The notes: generated by a model from the sequence alone, not told the origin. DNA of 38,782 nucleotides from an uncultured bacterium (GCA_965369965.1 CBDUSH010000002.1:1-38782), one strand, 5' to 3'; shown: positions 17,941-26,481, numbered from the stretch's first letter. Numbers and translations are program-made.

Positions 17941-19116
17941 CTACAACAGCGAAGGCACGGTGAGCGAAGCATCCTCCAGTTCGGTAATACCGATTTCAAT
18001 ATCCTGTATTATCTTTCTTTCTTTTTCCATGGCCTCGGGAAACATGTCATAGATTTTCTTCACCCTAGTCACACGCTTAAGTCCGGACAGGATGACCGTA
18101 ATCGTCACCGCACTTCTTCTCCTGGGGTAATCGCCATACCGGATGATAGCCTCCGAGGCAATGTCTTTCAGGTAATCGCCCAGTTCCTTTACCAGGTCCA
18201 TATTCATTTCCCGGGTCGGCGCCGACAGCAGGTAAAGCGCCCGGCTAGCATCGCGGGGGTCACATTCGAGCGACAGTTCGCTTACCGCGCAATCCATCGC
18301 CTGAATCCCTTTATGAGTCTCGGCACTTTTTCTCTTGAAACTGCGCCTCCACTCGAAGGGAAGCTGGAACAACGGTAAGGAAGATTCACCGTAACCGATT
18401 ATCGTCCAGCCGGAAAGAGTCTGCATAATATCACCGGCATCCAGCAGACGGGCACCGATATTCTTGACCTTCTTTTCTTCCCCGACGCAAAGCAGGTCAT
18501 AGAACGGAGCCACGATTAACTCGTTTATCTTGGCCATATTGTTCTTAAGGGAAGCATCTTTCTTTATGTATCTCTGGTTATCAATAAGGATGGTGGCATC
18601 AGCCACCTGGCTTACCGATTTAAGACATGTAGCCGTGTTAAACACCGTCCGGTGCTCGGTCTGTTCTTCATGCTCAAAGGGAAGCGCCAGCATGGCATAG
18701 ACGTGCTTATCCCGATAGCGCTGCTTTATGGCCTGCGCCAGCACCGAGATTGACCCGGAGCCGGTGCCGCCGGCGGTACTGGCCACCAGTAAAATGGCGT
18801 CCGATTCATAAAAACGTTTGGTTACTTTTACAGCGTCAATAACCTTATCGGCGTCCATGCGGGCGATTTCGGCGGCGGTTTCGTTTATCTTACCCACGCC
18901 GTGGCCGCTGGTTCTCCGGCCACCGATGAGTATCCGGTGCCGGTAATCAGATTTTATATTGGATAGCCCGCTCAGGTCAGCGGCGTCCGTATTGACGGCA
19001 AAGGCACCGGTGATTATCTCCATCCCCCGTTCCCGTCTGGCTTTCTTTCCCAAGCGGGCAAATTCATCGGCAATCCGGCTGCCGCATTGCCCGCATCCAA
19101 CGACTATTATCTTCAT
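17941..19116 (-). CDS. Divergent tubulin/FtsZ-superfamily GTPase (CetZ / FtsZ-like type, not canonical FtsZ)
   Basis: 391 aa. T1-like IVVGCGQCGSRIADEF (tubulin/CetZ-like GQCG rather than the FtsZ GGGG). T4 signature STAGGTGSGS. T7-like LIDNQRY. C-terminal-domain pattern LDAGDIMQTLSGWTIIGYGES ... ALYLLSAP ... VTITVILSGL. Monocistronic; RBS GAGGAG. Confidence 0.8.
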   Translation of the reverse strand: MKIIVVGCGQCGSRIADEFARLGKKARRERGMEIITGAFAVNTDAADLSGLSNIKSDYRHRILIGGRRTSGHGVGKINETAAEIARMDADKVIDAVKVTKRFYESDAILLVASTAGGTGSGSISVLAQAIKQRYRDKHVYAMLALPFEHEEQTEHRTVFNTATCLKSVSQVADATILIDNQRYIKKDASLKNNMAKINELIVAPFYDLLCVGEEKKVKNIGARLLDAGDIMQTLSGWTIIGYGESSLPLFQLPFEWRRSFKRKSAETHKGIQAMDCAVSELSLECDPRDASRALYLLSAPTREMNMDLVKELGDYLKDIASEAIIRYGDYPRRRSAVTITVILSGLKRVTRVKKIYDMFPEAMEKERKIIQDIEIGITELEDASLTVPSLL

Positions 19117-19377
19117 TTTCTCTCCTCATTCAGTTATTTTAGCAACGTAATTCAGTCTCCACGTTGTTCTGCTTACATGATACCCGCAGTAGAGAGACTA
19201 TGATATCCCCAATTAGTACCACCGGGCACCAAACATTGGTACTTCCTTCTATATCGATTATAGACTTAGCTAAGCACGGCACCATTGGCGATCACAGATA
19301 GTGTGACCGGTCACGACCAGCCAGTCCGGGTAACGCGATTTAACCTATTTCTCAACCCAATTTTAGGCATACCCCTC

Positions 19378-19407
19378 TTGACAATTAAGGTTAATTATGG
19401 TTAGATT
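19378..19407 (+). promoter_or_regulatory. Sigma70-like promoter (TTGACA-17 nt-TTAGAT) driving the structured RNA
   Basis: TTGACA 19378-19383 and TTAGAT(T) 19401-19407. It is divergent from the tubulin-like gene. Confidence 0.45.
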
Positions 19408-19412
19408 GAACA

Positions 19413-19667
19413 AGAAGCTGGTGCTCCTAAATCTAAGAAACGAGGAGGTGTACTGTGAAGCTTCATGAACTCTTCGGAGTGTGGCAGGTGGACAGGGGGG
19501 GCCCTGCGTGAAGGCGGGGCGGAGAGAACTTGAGCCTGACTCGAGATAGAATCAGGAGTCAATCTCCGTAAGGAGAGACTCAATTCGGTGGTGATAACCG
19601 AGAATGAGCCGGGTGAGAGCCAAACCAGATTAGATGGGGGTCGCTGAAAAAGTGACCCCCTTTTTTT
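19413..19667 (+). ncRNA. Candidate structured RNA of unknown class (stand-alone sRNA or riboswitch/attenuator leader)
   Basis: About 255 nt between a good promoter and a strong intrinsic terminator. It has at least five local hairpins. ACUC-UUCG-GAGU (19469-19480). GCCCUGC-GUGAAG-GCGGGGC (19501-19520). CCUGA..UCAGG (19535-19556). GAGUC-AAU-CUCC-GUAA-GGAG-A-GACUC (19556-19581). UUCGGU..ACCGAG (19584-19602). It contains no long ORF. Confidence 0.45.
19636..19667 (+). terminator. Rho-independent terminator
   Basis: GGGGGUC-loop-GACCCCC followed by seven T residues (19661-19667). Confidence 0.75.
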
Positions 19668-19677
19668 AACCATCATC

Positions 19678-19707
19678 TTGACAGATGAATTATCGCCCGC
19701 TTAGAAT
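19678..19707 (+). promoter_or_regulatory. Candidate promoter (TTGACA-17 nt-TTAGAAT) for the cyclase-rpe pair
   Basis: TTGACA 19678-19683 and TAGAAT 19702-19707, about 30 nt upstream of ATG 19738. Confidence 0.4.
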
Positions 19708-19737
19708 TGGCGCAGAGTAATCAGTGTCGTTAATGTC

Positions 19738-20379
19738 ATGGAGAAAAAACCCAAAGTTTATGACGTCAGCTTGACAATACACCCTGATATGCTGGTATGG
19801 CCGGGAAACCCGCCGGTAACGATGGAGACGGCCAAAGCAATCGCCCGGGGTGATTCAAGCAACGTCTCTTTGCTCCGTATCGGTACACACACCGCCACCC
19901 ACGTCGACGCTCCGCGACACTTCATTGAGGGCGCCCTGGGAATTGACAGTATCAGCCCTGATATTCTGCTGGGTCGAGCACGTCTTTTCCGGCTACCAGG
20001 GGTACGCCGCATTGACCGGCAGGTACTGCAAGCACTGGACCTGAAAGGGGTTAGCCGCCTGTTACTGGGAACGGATAACTCCGTCCTGCTCAGAAAAAAG
20101 GAACTGGACACCGGTTATGCCTTCCTTACCGGGGAGGCCGCCCGTTATCTGGTGGAGACAGGAATCAGACTTATCGGCATCGATTACCTTTCCATAGAAG
20201 AACACCGGAAAGAAGGGAGACCCACTCATCATATCCTGCTGGAGGCAGAGGTAGTGATTGTCGAAGGGCTGGACCTGGCCGGAGTACCGCCCGGCGATTA
20301 CGAATTGCTGTGCCTGCCGCTAAAAATCAAAGACGGCGACGGGGCACCGGCGCGAGTATTACTGAGGGAGGTATCATGA
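19738..20379 (+). CDS. Putative cyclase-family metal hydrolase (kynurenine formamidase-like)
   Basis: 213 aa. Signature RIGTHTATHVDAPRHF (HxGTHxDxPxH) and a C-terminal DGDGAPARV. Confidence 0.85.
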   Translation: MEKKPKVYDVSLTIHPDMLVWPGNPPVTMETAKAIARGDSSNVSLLRIGTHTATHVDAPRHFIEGALGIDSISPDILLGRARLFRLPGVRRIDRQVLQALDLKGVSRLLLGTDNSVLLRKKELDTGYAFLTGEAARYLVETGIRLIGIDYLSIEEHRKEGRPTHHILLEAEVVIVEGLDLAGVPPGDYELLCLPLKIKDGDGAPARVLLREVS

Positions 20380-21023
20380 ACAGACCCATCAGGCTGGTAC
20401 CGGCTATCCTGACCGAAGACCCCAAAACACTGGAGACGATGATACGACTGGCGGAAACGTTTACCGATTACGTACAGGTGGACGTCATGGACGGGCAGTT
20501 CGTTCCGTCTTGCAGCATATCATGGGCCGACATGGAGGGCCTATCGGTGAAGCTGAAATGGGAAGTACATCTTATGGTACGACACCCGGAAGAATACCTG
20601 GAAGGCTTTCGCCGAGCCGGGGCGCAGCGAGCCATCTTCCATTACGAAGCCGGTCAATCACCGCGGAAAGTTATCGCCGCCGCCCGGGCACTGGGTCTTG
20701 AAGCCGGTCTGGCGGTGAACCCGGAGACACCCGTCTCCGCCATACTCTCCCTGGTCGACGATCTGGATAGCGTTCTCTTCCTGTCGGTGAACCCGGGGTT
20801 CTACGGCAGCCAGTTTATCCCTGAAGTGATGGCTAAAGTTATCGAACTGCGCCGGCTCAGGCCGGAGATAGAAATAGGTATCGACGGCGGCATAAAAGAG
20901 GCTAACATCACCGAAGTGGCCAGATCAGGAGTGAACGTTATCTGCGTAGGGAGCGCCGTTTTTGTACAACCGCAACCCGCCGAGAGTTACCGGCGCCTGT
21001 TGTCCCTGGCACAGGGGAGTTAA
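20376..21023 (+). CDS. rpe: Ribulose-phosphate 3-epimerase-family protein (divergent)
   Basis: 216 aa from ATG 20376 (ATGA overlap with the cyclase gene, GGAGG upstream). Motifs: VDVMDGQFVP, EVHLMV, LSVNPGFYGSQF, GIDGGI. The residue before the first Asp is Gln where Rpe usually has His. Confidence 0.75.
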   Translation: MNRPIRLVPAILTEDPKTLETMIRLAETFTDYVQVDVMDGQFVPSCSISWADMEGLSVKLKWEVHLMVRHPEEYLEGFRRAGAQRAIFHYEAGQSPRKVIAAARALGLEAGLAVNPETPVSAILSLVDDLDSVLFLSVNPGFYGSQFIPEVMAKVIELRRLRPEIEIGIDGGIKEANITEVARSGVNVICVGSAVFVQPQPAESYRRLLSLAQGS

Positions 21024-21036
21024 CCCAACCCAGCGG

Positions 21037-21948
21037 CTATTTTCCGCTTTTCCTGACGGGGTGCCCACCGAACTGCTGGCGCATGGCAGCCAGCAGCTTG
21101 ACACCAAAAGGCTGTTCCTGACGGGAGCGAAAGCGCGCCTGGAGCGCCTGGGTGATGACCGGCGTCGGCACGCCAAGTTCGATGGATTCCTGTACCGTCC
21201 AGCGGCCTTCTCCGGAATCGTCGACATAAGCCTGGAGGCTTTCCAGGTCGGGGTCCTCGTGCAAGGCAGCCGCCACCAGGTCGAGCAGCCACGAGCGCAC
21301 CACACTGCCGTGACGCCATATTTCAGCGGTGCCCGCCAGGTCGATATGAAATTCCTCTTTGGCGCGCATCAGTTCAAAACCTTCGGCATAGGCCTGCATC
21401 ATGCCGTACTCAATACCATTATGAATCATCTTGACGAAATGTCCCGACCCAGCGGGGCCAATGCGGCCATATCCCATGTCCGGAGAAGGCGCCAGCGCCC
21501 GGAAAACGGGTTCAAGTCTGCGAAACGCTTCCGGTTCACCGCCGACCATAAGGCTATAGCCTTCTTTTAATCCCCAGACGCCGCCACTGGTGCCGACATC
21601 CAGAAAATAGAGGTTTTTTTCCGCCAGCGACGCCGCCCGGCGCATGCTATCCTTATAGTTGGAATTACCGCCGTCGACGATGACATCACCGGCCGACAAC
21701 AGACCGCTCAAAGCGTTGAGGGTGTTTTCGGCAGGTTCACCGGCGGGTACCATCAACCAGACGGCACGGGGGCCGGAGAGATTGGCTACCAGTTCTTCAA
21801 GAGAGGCAACGCCAGCCGCGCCTTGTTTCACCACGGCGTCTACGGCAGCCGCAGACGGGTCATAGACAACCACACGGTGGCCGCCGCCGATCAGACGCTG
21901 CGCCATGTTACCGCCCATTCTGCCCAGACCAATCATACCCAGTTCCAT
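21037..21948 (-). CDS. gnd: 6-phosphogluconate dehydrogenase, decarboxylating, short (about 300 aa, YqeC/GndA-like) type
   Basis: 303 aa. Motifs: MIGLGRMGGNMAQRL Rossmann, GGNSNYKDS, GSGHFVKMIHNGIEYGMMQ. Confidence 0.9.
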   Translation of the reverse strand: MELGMIGLGRMGGNMAQRLIGGGHRVVVYDPSAAAVDAVVKQGAAGVASLEELVANLSGPRAVWLMVPAGEPAENTLNALSGLLSAGDVIVDGGNSNYKDSMRRAASLAEKNLYFLDVGTSGGVWGLKEGYSLMVGGEPEAFRRLEPVFRALAPSPDMGYGRIGPAGSGHFVKMIHNGIEYGMMQAYAEGFELMRAKEEFHIDLAGTAEIWRHGSVVRSWLLDLVAAALHEDPDLESLQAYVDDSGEGRWTVQESIELGVPTPVITQALQARFRSRQEQPFGVKLLAAMRQQFGGHPVRKSGK

Positions 21949-21968
21949 AGTTTACCTCCCCCTCAAAA

Positions 21969-23567
21969 TCAGAGCAGGCCGGCCAGCGCCGAGAGCGCAT
22001 CCCGGTCACCCGATTCCAGGTGAACTCGAATCACGCGCCGCCCCAGCGATTGCAGGGTCTGAAGATCGCCCAGGGCCTCTGCGTCAGCCAGTACGCCGAA
22101 GGTGAAGAATTGGCCGGGAACGGGAATATCCTGCCGGTGGTCGGCGGTTATCTGCAGAAACAAACCACTATTGGGGCCGCCTTTGTGCAGTTGACCGGTA
22201 GAATGCAGCAACCTCGGCCCGTAAGCGGTGGTGGTGGCGATACGATATTGCTGGCTGACCTTCCGGGAAAGCCCAGCCAGTGCCCGGTCGGTATCCGGCG
22301 TCTGGCGAAGATAAGCCATCACCGCCAGGTAATCACCTTTCCCGGCTTCAGCCAGTAAGTCGGCCAGGGAACCTTCCGTTTTAACCTCCGGAAGACGCCC
22401 ACGGTCACGGTATTCCTGAAGAACACGCCCGGTGGCGTCTTTGGCGGCCTGCACGTCAGGCTGGTCAAATGGGTGTATGCCCAGAACAGCCCCGGCGACA
22501 GCAACGGCAAATTCCCAGCGGAAGAATTCCGCACCCAGATCATAACACTCCGCCATTTCCAGGGTTAACACCGGCTGTCCGGAAGAGGCGATACAATTCA
22601 TGGCAGTATCGACAGCGACGTTATCATCCCCTTTCAAGCGAAGACAAACGAAGAGCCGGTCGTCTCCGTAATCAGCTCTGTCCATGGGAGCCTCCTCCAT
22701 GACCGGCACGATACCTTTGCCTTCCTTCCCGAGGCTTTCGGCAATAAGCTGCTCCACCCAGAGGCCGAAGCTGGCGAGGGCCGGGGAAGTTACCAGGGTA
22801 AGCTTATCCCGCCCTTTCAGGGACAGAGCGGCCATCCCGGCGCCCAACCAGGCACCCATATTATCCCGGGCGGGCACGTCCGCACCACAGGCAGTCCGCA
22901 TAACATCCACGCCGTCGAGAAGTTTCTTTATGTCAATTCCCATCAGGGCGGCCGGCACCAGGCCAAAGTAGGACAGGACGGAATAGCGGCCACCCACGTC
23001 AGAGGGATTGACAAAGAGGCGCCGGAATCCGGCTTCCTCAGCCAGTTTCGCCAGCGAGGTTCCTTCATCAGTGATGGCGATGAAGTTTTGTCCGGCCGAT
23101 TTTTCGCCCCGGTCAATTTCGACAAGTTTTCTAAAATACCGGTAAAAAGAGTCGGTCTCCATGGTGCCGCCCGATTTGGAAGCAACGATAAAGAGGCTAG
23201 ACGCCGGTTCGATAGCGTCAGTAACCGACTGCACCCAGTCCGGCACAGTAGAATCAAGCACGATAAGCCGGGGAGAGTCCTCAGCTATCCCAAGAGTACG
23301 GCGTAATACTTCCGTACCCAGGCTGGCGCCACCCATGCCCAGCAACACCACATGCCTGAAACCGGCACCCCGTATCTCTTCGGCAAAAGACACCAGAGCA
23401 GGTATTTGCTCACGCATAAAATCGGTAACCTTCAACCAGCCGAGGCGATTGTCAATTTCCCGTGGTTCCGGTTTCCAGACGGTATGGTCTTTCCGCCAGA
23501 TACGCGCGACCACGTCACGCTGCTGCAGGTCGGCCAGGACAGTTTTTACATCAGGGGAATCAATCAT
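21969..23567 (-). CDS. pgi: Glucose-6-phosphate isomerase
   Basis: SIS/PGI signature DVGGRYSVLSYFGLVPAAL. I prefer ATG 23567 (GGAAAGGA RBS, no overlap with rpiB) over the track start at 23660. Confidence 0.85.
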   Translation of the reverse strand: MIDSPDVKTVLADLQQRDVVARIWRKDHTVWKPEPREIDNRLGWLKVTDFMREQIPALVSFAEEIRGAGFRHVVLLGMGGASLGTEVLRRTLGIAEDSPRLIVLDSTVPDWVQSVTDAIEPASSLFIVASKSGGTMETDSFYRYFRKLVEIDRGEKSAGQNFIAITDEGTSLAKLAEEAGFRRLFVNPSDVGGRYSVLSYFGLVPAALMGIDIKKLLDGVDVMRTACGADVPARDNMGAWLGAGMAALSLKGRDKLTLVTSPALASFGLWVEQLIAESLGKEGKGIVPVMEEAPMDRADYGDDRLFVCLRLKGDDNVAVDTAMNCIASSGQPVLTLEMAECYDLGAEFFRWEFAVAVAGAVLGIHPFDQPDVQAAKDATGRVLQEYRDRGRLPEVKTEGSLADLLAEAGKGDYLAVMAYLRQTPDTDRALAGLSRKVSQQYRIATTTAYGPRLLHSTGQLHKGGPNSGLFLQITADHRQDIPVPGQFFTFGVLADAEALGDLQTLQSLGRRVIRVHLESGDRDALSALAGLL

Positions 23568-23592
23568 GGTAATCCTTTCCGAACCCGGTCTT

Positions 23593-24057
23593 CTATTTGG
23601 GACCGGTTCCAGACTCGATATCCAGCACTTTTCGTAATCGACGAGCGTGCCGTTCCTCACCGGAAAAACGGGCGTTCAGGAAGGCGGTCACTAACTCTAC
23701 CGCCAGCGCACCGCCGATAATGCGCGCTCCCAGGCATAGCACGTTCATGTCATCATGTTCCACGCCTTGGTGTGCCGAATAACCGTCATGGCAGATTCCA
23801 GCCCGGACACCGGGCACCTTGTTGGCGGCAATGCAGGCACCCACGCCGCTGCCGCAGATAATAATGCCGCGCGGCGCCTTACCTGAAGCGACCGCCTGAG
23901 CCACGGCGTAAGCGAAATCAGGGTAATCGTCAGACGGGTCAAAGGAATGAGCGCCCACGTCCAGTACCTCGTAGTCCTGACCCTTCATCCAAGGCAGCAG
24001 TTCCTCTTTTAGCGGGAATCCGCCGTGGTCAGTGCCCAGAGCCACCAACTGTGTCAT
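23593..24057 (-). CDS. rpiB: Ribose-5-phosphate isomerase B
   Basis: 154 aa. Motifs: [34 protein letters not shown]. Confidence 0.92.
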   Translation of the reverse strand: MTQLVALGTDHGGFPLKEELLPWMKGQDYEVLDVGAHSFDPSDDYPDFAYAVAQAVASGKAPRGIIICGSGVGACIAANKVPGVRAGICHDGYSAHQGVEHDDMNVLCLGARIIGGALAVELVTAFLNARFSGEERHARRLRKVLDIESGTGPK

Positions 24058-26072
24058 GGCTTGCCTCCTTTAACCAATCGTAAAGCTTCACCTGCCATAT
24101 GCCGGGCGGTAAGTCCAAACTGTTCGTAAATCACCGGGGCCGGCGCTGAGGCGCCGAACCTGGCAAGGCCGATGATAATCCCATCCGGCCCCACATACCG
24201 TTCCCAGCCCAGCTTGGCCCCCGCTTCAATGGAAACACGCCTCCGGATAGTCGGAGGTAAAACACTATCGCGATAGTCAGTCGATTGAGCATCAAACAGT
24301 TCCCAGGAAGGCAGTGAGACGATGCGAGCGCTGATATTCTGCTCCAGCAGCAGTTTCCCTGCTTCCAGAGCGATATGGACTTCTGAACCGGTGCCGATAA
24401 GGATAACGTCGGTGGCGGCGCCGGCCTGCCACAAAATATACCCGCCGCGGCTCACCCCGCCGGCCGGAGTCAAGGTCTCCCGATCGAGCACGGGCAAGTT
24501 TTGCCGACTCAGCGCCAGGACGGTGGGGCCATTACGGCGTTGCAGGGCCACTTTCCAGGCCTCCACTGTCTCCGTAGCGTCGGCCGGGCGTAGCGTGACC
24601 AGTCCGGGAACGGCTCGCAGCCCGAGTAATTGCTCGATGGGCTGATGAGTCGGCCCGTCTTCCCCAAGGCCAACCGAGTCATGAGTAAAGACAAAAATAA
24701 CCCGCAGTCCCATCAATGCCGCCAGGCGAATGGGAGGACGCATATAATCGTAAAATATAAGAAAAGTGGCCGTATAGGGAATAATTCCGCCATGAAGAGA
24801 CATGCCGTTGGCGACAGCTCCCATGGCGTGCTCCCGGATTCCAAAGTGGAGGTTGTGGCCAGCGTAATTATCAGCGCTAAAATCTCCCTTGTCCGACAGG
24901 ATGGTCTTGGTCGAAGGGGAGAGGTCCGCCGAACCGCCCATCAACGAGTGTAACCGGGAAGCGATGGCGTTCATCACCTGCCCGGAGGCGACACGGGTAG
25001 CCACCGGTTTGTCCCCGCTTTGGAAGAGACGGTCAAGCCCGGCATCCCAGCCCTCCGGCAGGTCGCCGCTCAAATCTGCGGCCAGTTGACGCGCTTCTTC
25101 CGGATAAGCCAGTTGATAGGCCGCCAGCCGGCCCTGCCATTCCTCCTGAGATTGACGGCCGCTCTCCAGTGCCTGCCGGTAGTGTTTCCCGGCTTCAGGG
25201 GGGATAGTAAAGGGTTCTTCATATTTCCAGCCCAGGCTTTGCCGGGTTAGAGACACTTCTTCTTCCCCCAGCGGTTCTCCGTGGGCGGCGGCGGTACCCG
25301 CCTTGTTGGGGCTGCCGTAGCCGATTATGGTGCGGCAGATAATAAGGCTGGGACGTTCACCTTCAGCCCGGGCTTTACCTATCGCCGCATCAACGTCGGA
25401 AAGATTCATACCGTCGATAGGACCAATGACCTGCCATCCGTAAGCCTGAAACCTCCGGGACACGTCTTCCGTAAAGGTAATGTCGGTACTACCCTCAATA
25501 GAGATATCGTTATCGTCATAAAGATAAATGAGTTTCCCCAGTTTCAAGGTTCCGGCCATTGAGGCGGCTTCCGAAGAAACACCCTCCTCAAGATCACCGT
25601 CCGAGACGATACTGTAGACAAAATGGTTGATTATCCGATGACCGGGTCGATTATAATGCTGCGCCAGCCATCGTTCGGCGATAGCCATACCCACCCCGTT
25701 AGCGAATCCCTGCCCCAGCGGGCCGGTGGTTACTTCAATTCCGTGGCCTGGGGCGTATTCGGGATGCCCGGCCGTCCGGCTGCCCCACTGGCGGAACCGC
25801 TTAATTTCATCCAGGGACAGGTCGTAGCCGGTGAGGTGGAGCAGCGAATACAGCAGGGCGGAGGCATGTCCCGCCGAGAGAATGAACCGGTCACGGTCAG
25901 GCCAACGCGGGTCGGCTGGGTTATGTTTGAGAAAGCGGTCCCAGAGCACATACGCCATGGGTGCAATGCCCAGGGGCGCCCCGGGATGACCAGAAGCGGC
26001 TTTCTGCACCGCATCCACGGCCAGAAAACGCAGGGTATTAACACATAGTTCGTCCAGTTCCGGCGAAGTCAT
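24054..26072 (-). CDS. tkt: Transketolase
   Basis: 672 aa. Motifs: [66 protein letters not shown]. Confidence 0.95.
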   Translation of the reverse strand: MTSPELDELCVNTLRFLAVDAVQKAASGHPGAPLGIAPMAYVLWDRFLKHNPADPRWPDRDRFILSAGHASALLYSLLHLTGYDLSLDEIKRFRQWGSRTAGHPEYAPGHGIEVTTGPLGQGFANGVGMAIAERWLAQHYNRPGHRIINHFVYSIVSDGDLEEGVSSEAASMAGTLKLGKLIYLYDDNDISIEGSTDITFTEDVSRRFQAYGWQVIGPIDGMNLSDVDAAIGKARAEGERPSLIICRTIIGYGSPNKAGTAAAHGEPLGEEEVSLTRQSLGWKYEEPFTIPPEAGKHYRQALESGRQSQEEWQGRLAAYQLAYPEEARQLAADLSGDLPEGWDAGLDRLFQSGDKPVATRVASGQVMNAIASRLHSLMGGSADLSPSTKTILSDKGDFSADNYAGHNLHFGIREHAMGAVANGMSLHGGIIPYTATFLIFYDYMRPPIRLAALMGLRVIFVFTHDSVGLGEDGPTHQPIEQLLGLRAVPGLVTLRPADATETVEAWKVALQRRNGPTVLALSRQNLPVLDRETLTPAGGVSRGGYILWQAGAATDVILIGTGSEVHIALEAGKLLLEQNISARIVSLPSWELFDAQSTDYRDSVLPPTIRRRVSIEAGAKLGWERYVGPDGIIIGLARFGASAPAPVIYEQFGLTARHMAGEALRLVKGGKP

Positions 26073-26169
26073 TCCCGACCTTTTCTCCCGGTGCGAGCTA
26101 CATTACTCAAGGAAAGAGCCTTTATCCCTCCCGAAGGGAACTATTTTTCTTTACTCAGGGAAGGTACCG

Positions 26170-26481
26170 CTACCCCTCTTCGGTTTTACCCCAGTTCTGC
26201 ATCAACTCTTTCAAACGCTGTGCCAGCTTGGGGCTGGAGCGCAGACGCTCAATAAAAACGGGGCAGCCTTCCACCATAGAATTCTGGGCAGCCGTGGCCA
26301 TGCCGGACAAAAGATTTTGCATACCGAGGTCCGCCTGCAGCGGCAGATTCATTCCCGGTGTCGACTCCAGTTGCCGCCGTATATCTTCAGCGGTGAACCG
26401 CATGGGCATGACGCAAGATTTATACCACGGGCATTCCTTACACTGGACTATCCCATAAGCTTCGCTCAGAATGTCGTCCAA
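26170..26481 (-). CDS. Hypothetical small Cys-containing protein (CxxC-x5-C plus a distal C)
   Basis: 103 aa. VQCKECPWYKSC near the N-terminus and EGCPVF later. Same strand as tkt and 97 nt upstream of it. I do not recognise the family. Confidence 0.55.
   Translation of the reverse strand: MDDILSEAYGIVQCKECPWYKSCVMPMRFTAEDIRRQLESTPGMNLPLQADLGMQNLLSGMATAAQNSMVEGCPVFIERLRSSPKLAQRLKELMQNWGKTEEG

Noticed and set aside
17839-18378. 179-aa plus-strand ORF
   Set aside because: It is antisense to the tubulin/FtsZ-like gene, whose GGTGSG signature and domain order are clear.
19413-19667. Attempt to identify the structured RNA as SRP, 6S, tmRNA, RNase P, T-box or a known riboswitch
   Set aside because: It lacks the SRP GGAAGGAAGCAGC helix-8 motif and the tmRNA/tRNA-like ends and T-arm. 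It lacks the RNase P GAGGAAAGUCC motif, the end-to-end 6S helix and the T-box GGUGGNACCGCG sequence. It also lacks the B12 box, the CUGAGA of TPP and the ACGCAAAGC of GEMM. A by-eye comparison cannot exclude a weak match, so Rfam scanning is still needed.
19401-19676. 91-aa minus-strand ORF across the structured-RNA region
   Set aside because: It has no RBS and its product is Ser/Pro/Leu-rich. It runs antisense through an obvious plus-strand promoter and terminator unit and starts inside the terminator. A non-coding interpretation is better supported.
19378-19707. Two TTGACA-N17-TTAGA(T/A)T promoters exactly 300 bp apart, considered as a possible duplication
   Set aside because: Only the hexamers are shared. 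The flanks and spacers are unrelated, so I treat the spacing as coincidence rather than a repeat unit.
20310-20375. 22-codon N-terminal extension of the rpe-like gene
   Set aside because: It overlaps the cyclase gene by 70 nt. ATG 20376 gives the usual ATGA coupling, a GGAGG RBS and a normal Rpe N-terminus.
23568-23660. 31-codon N-terminal extension of pgi
   Set aside because: It would overlap rpiB by 68 nt. ATG 23567 has a GGAAAGGA RBS and leaves a 25-nt spacer.
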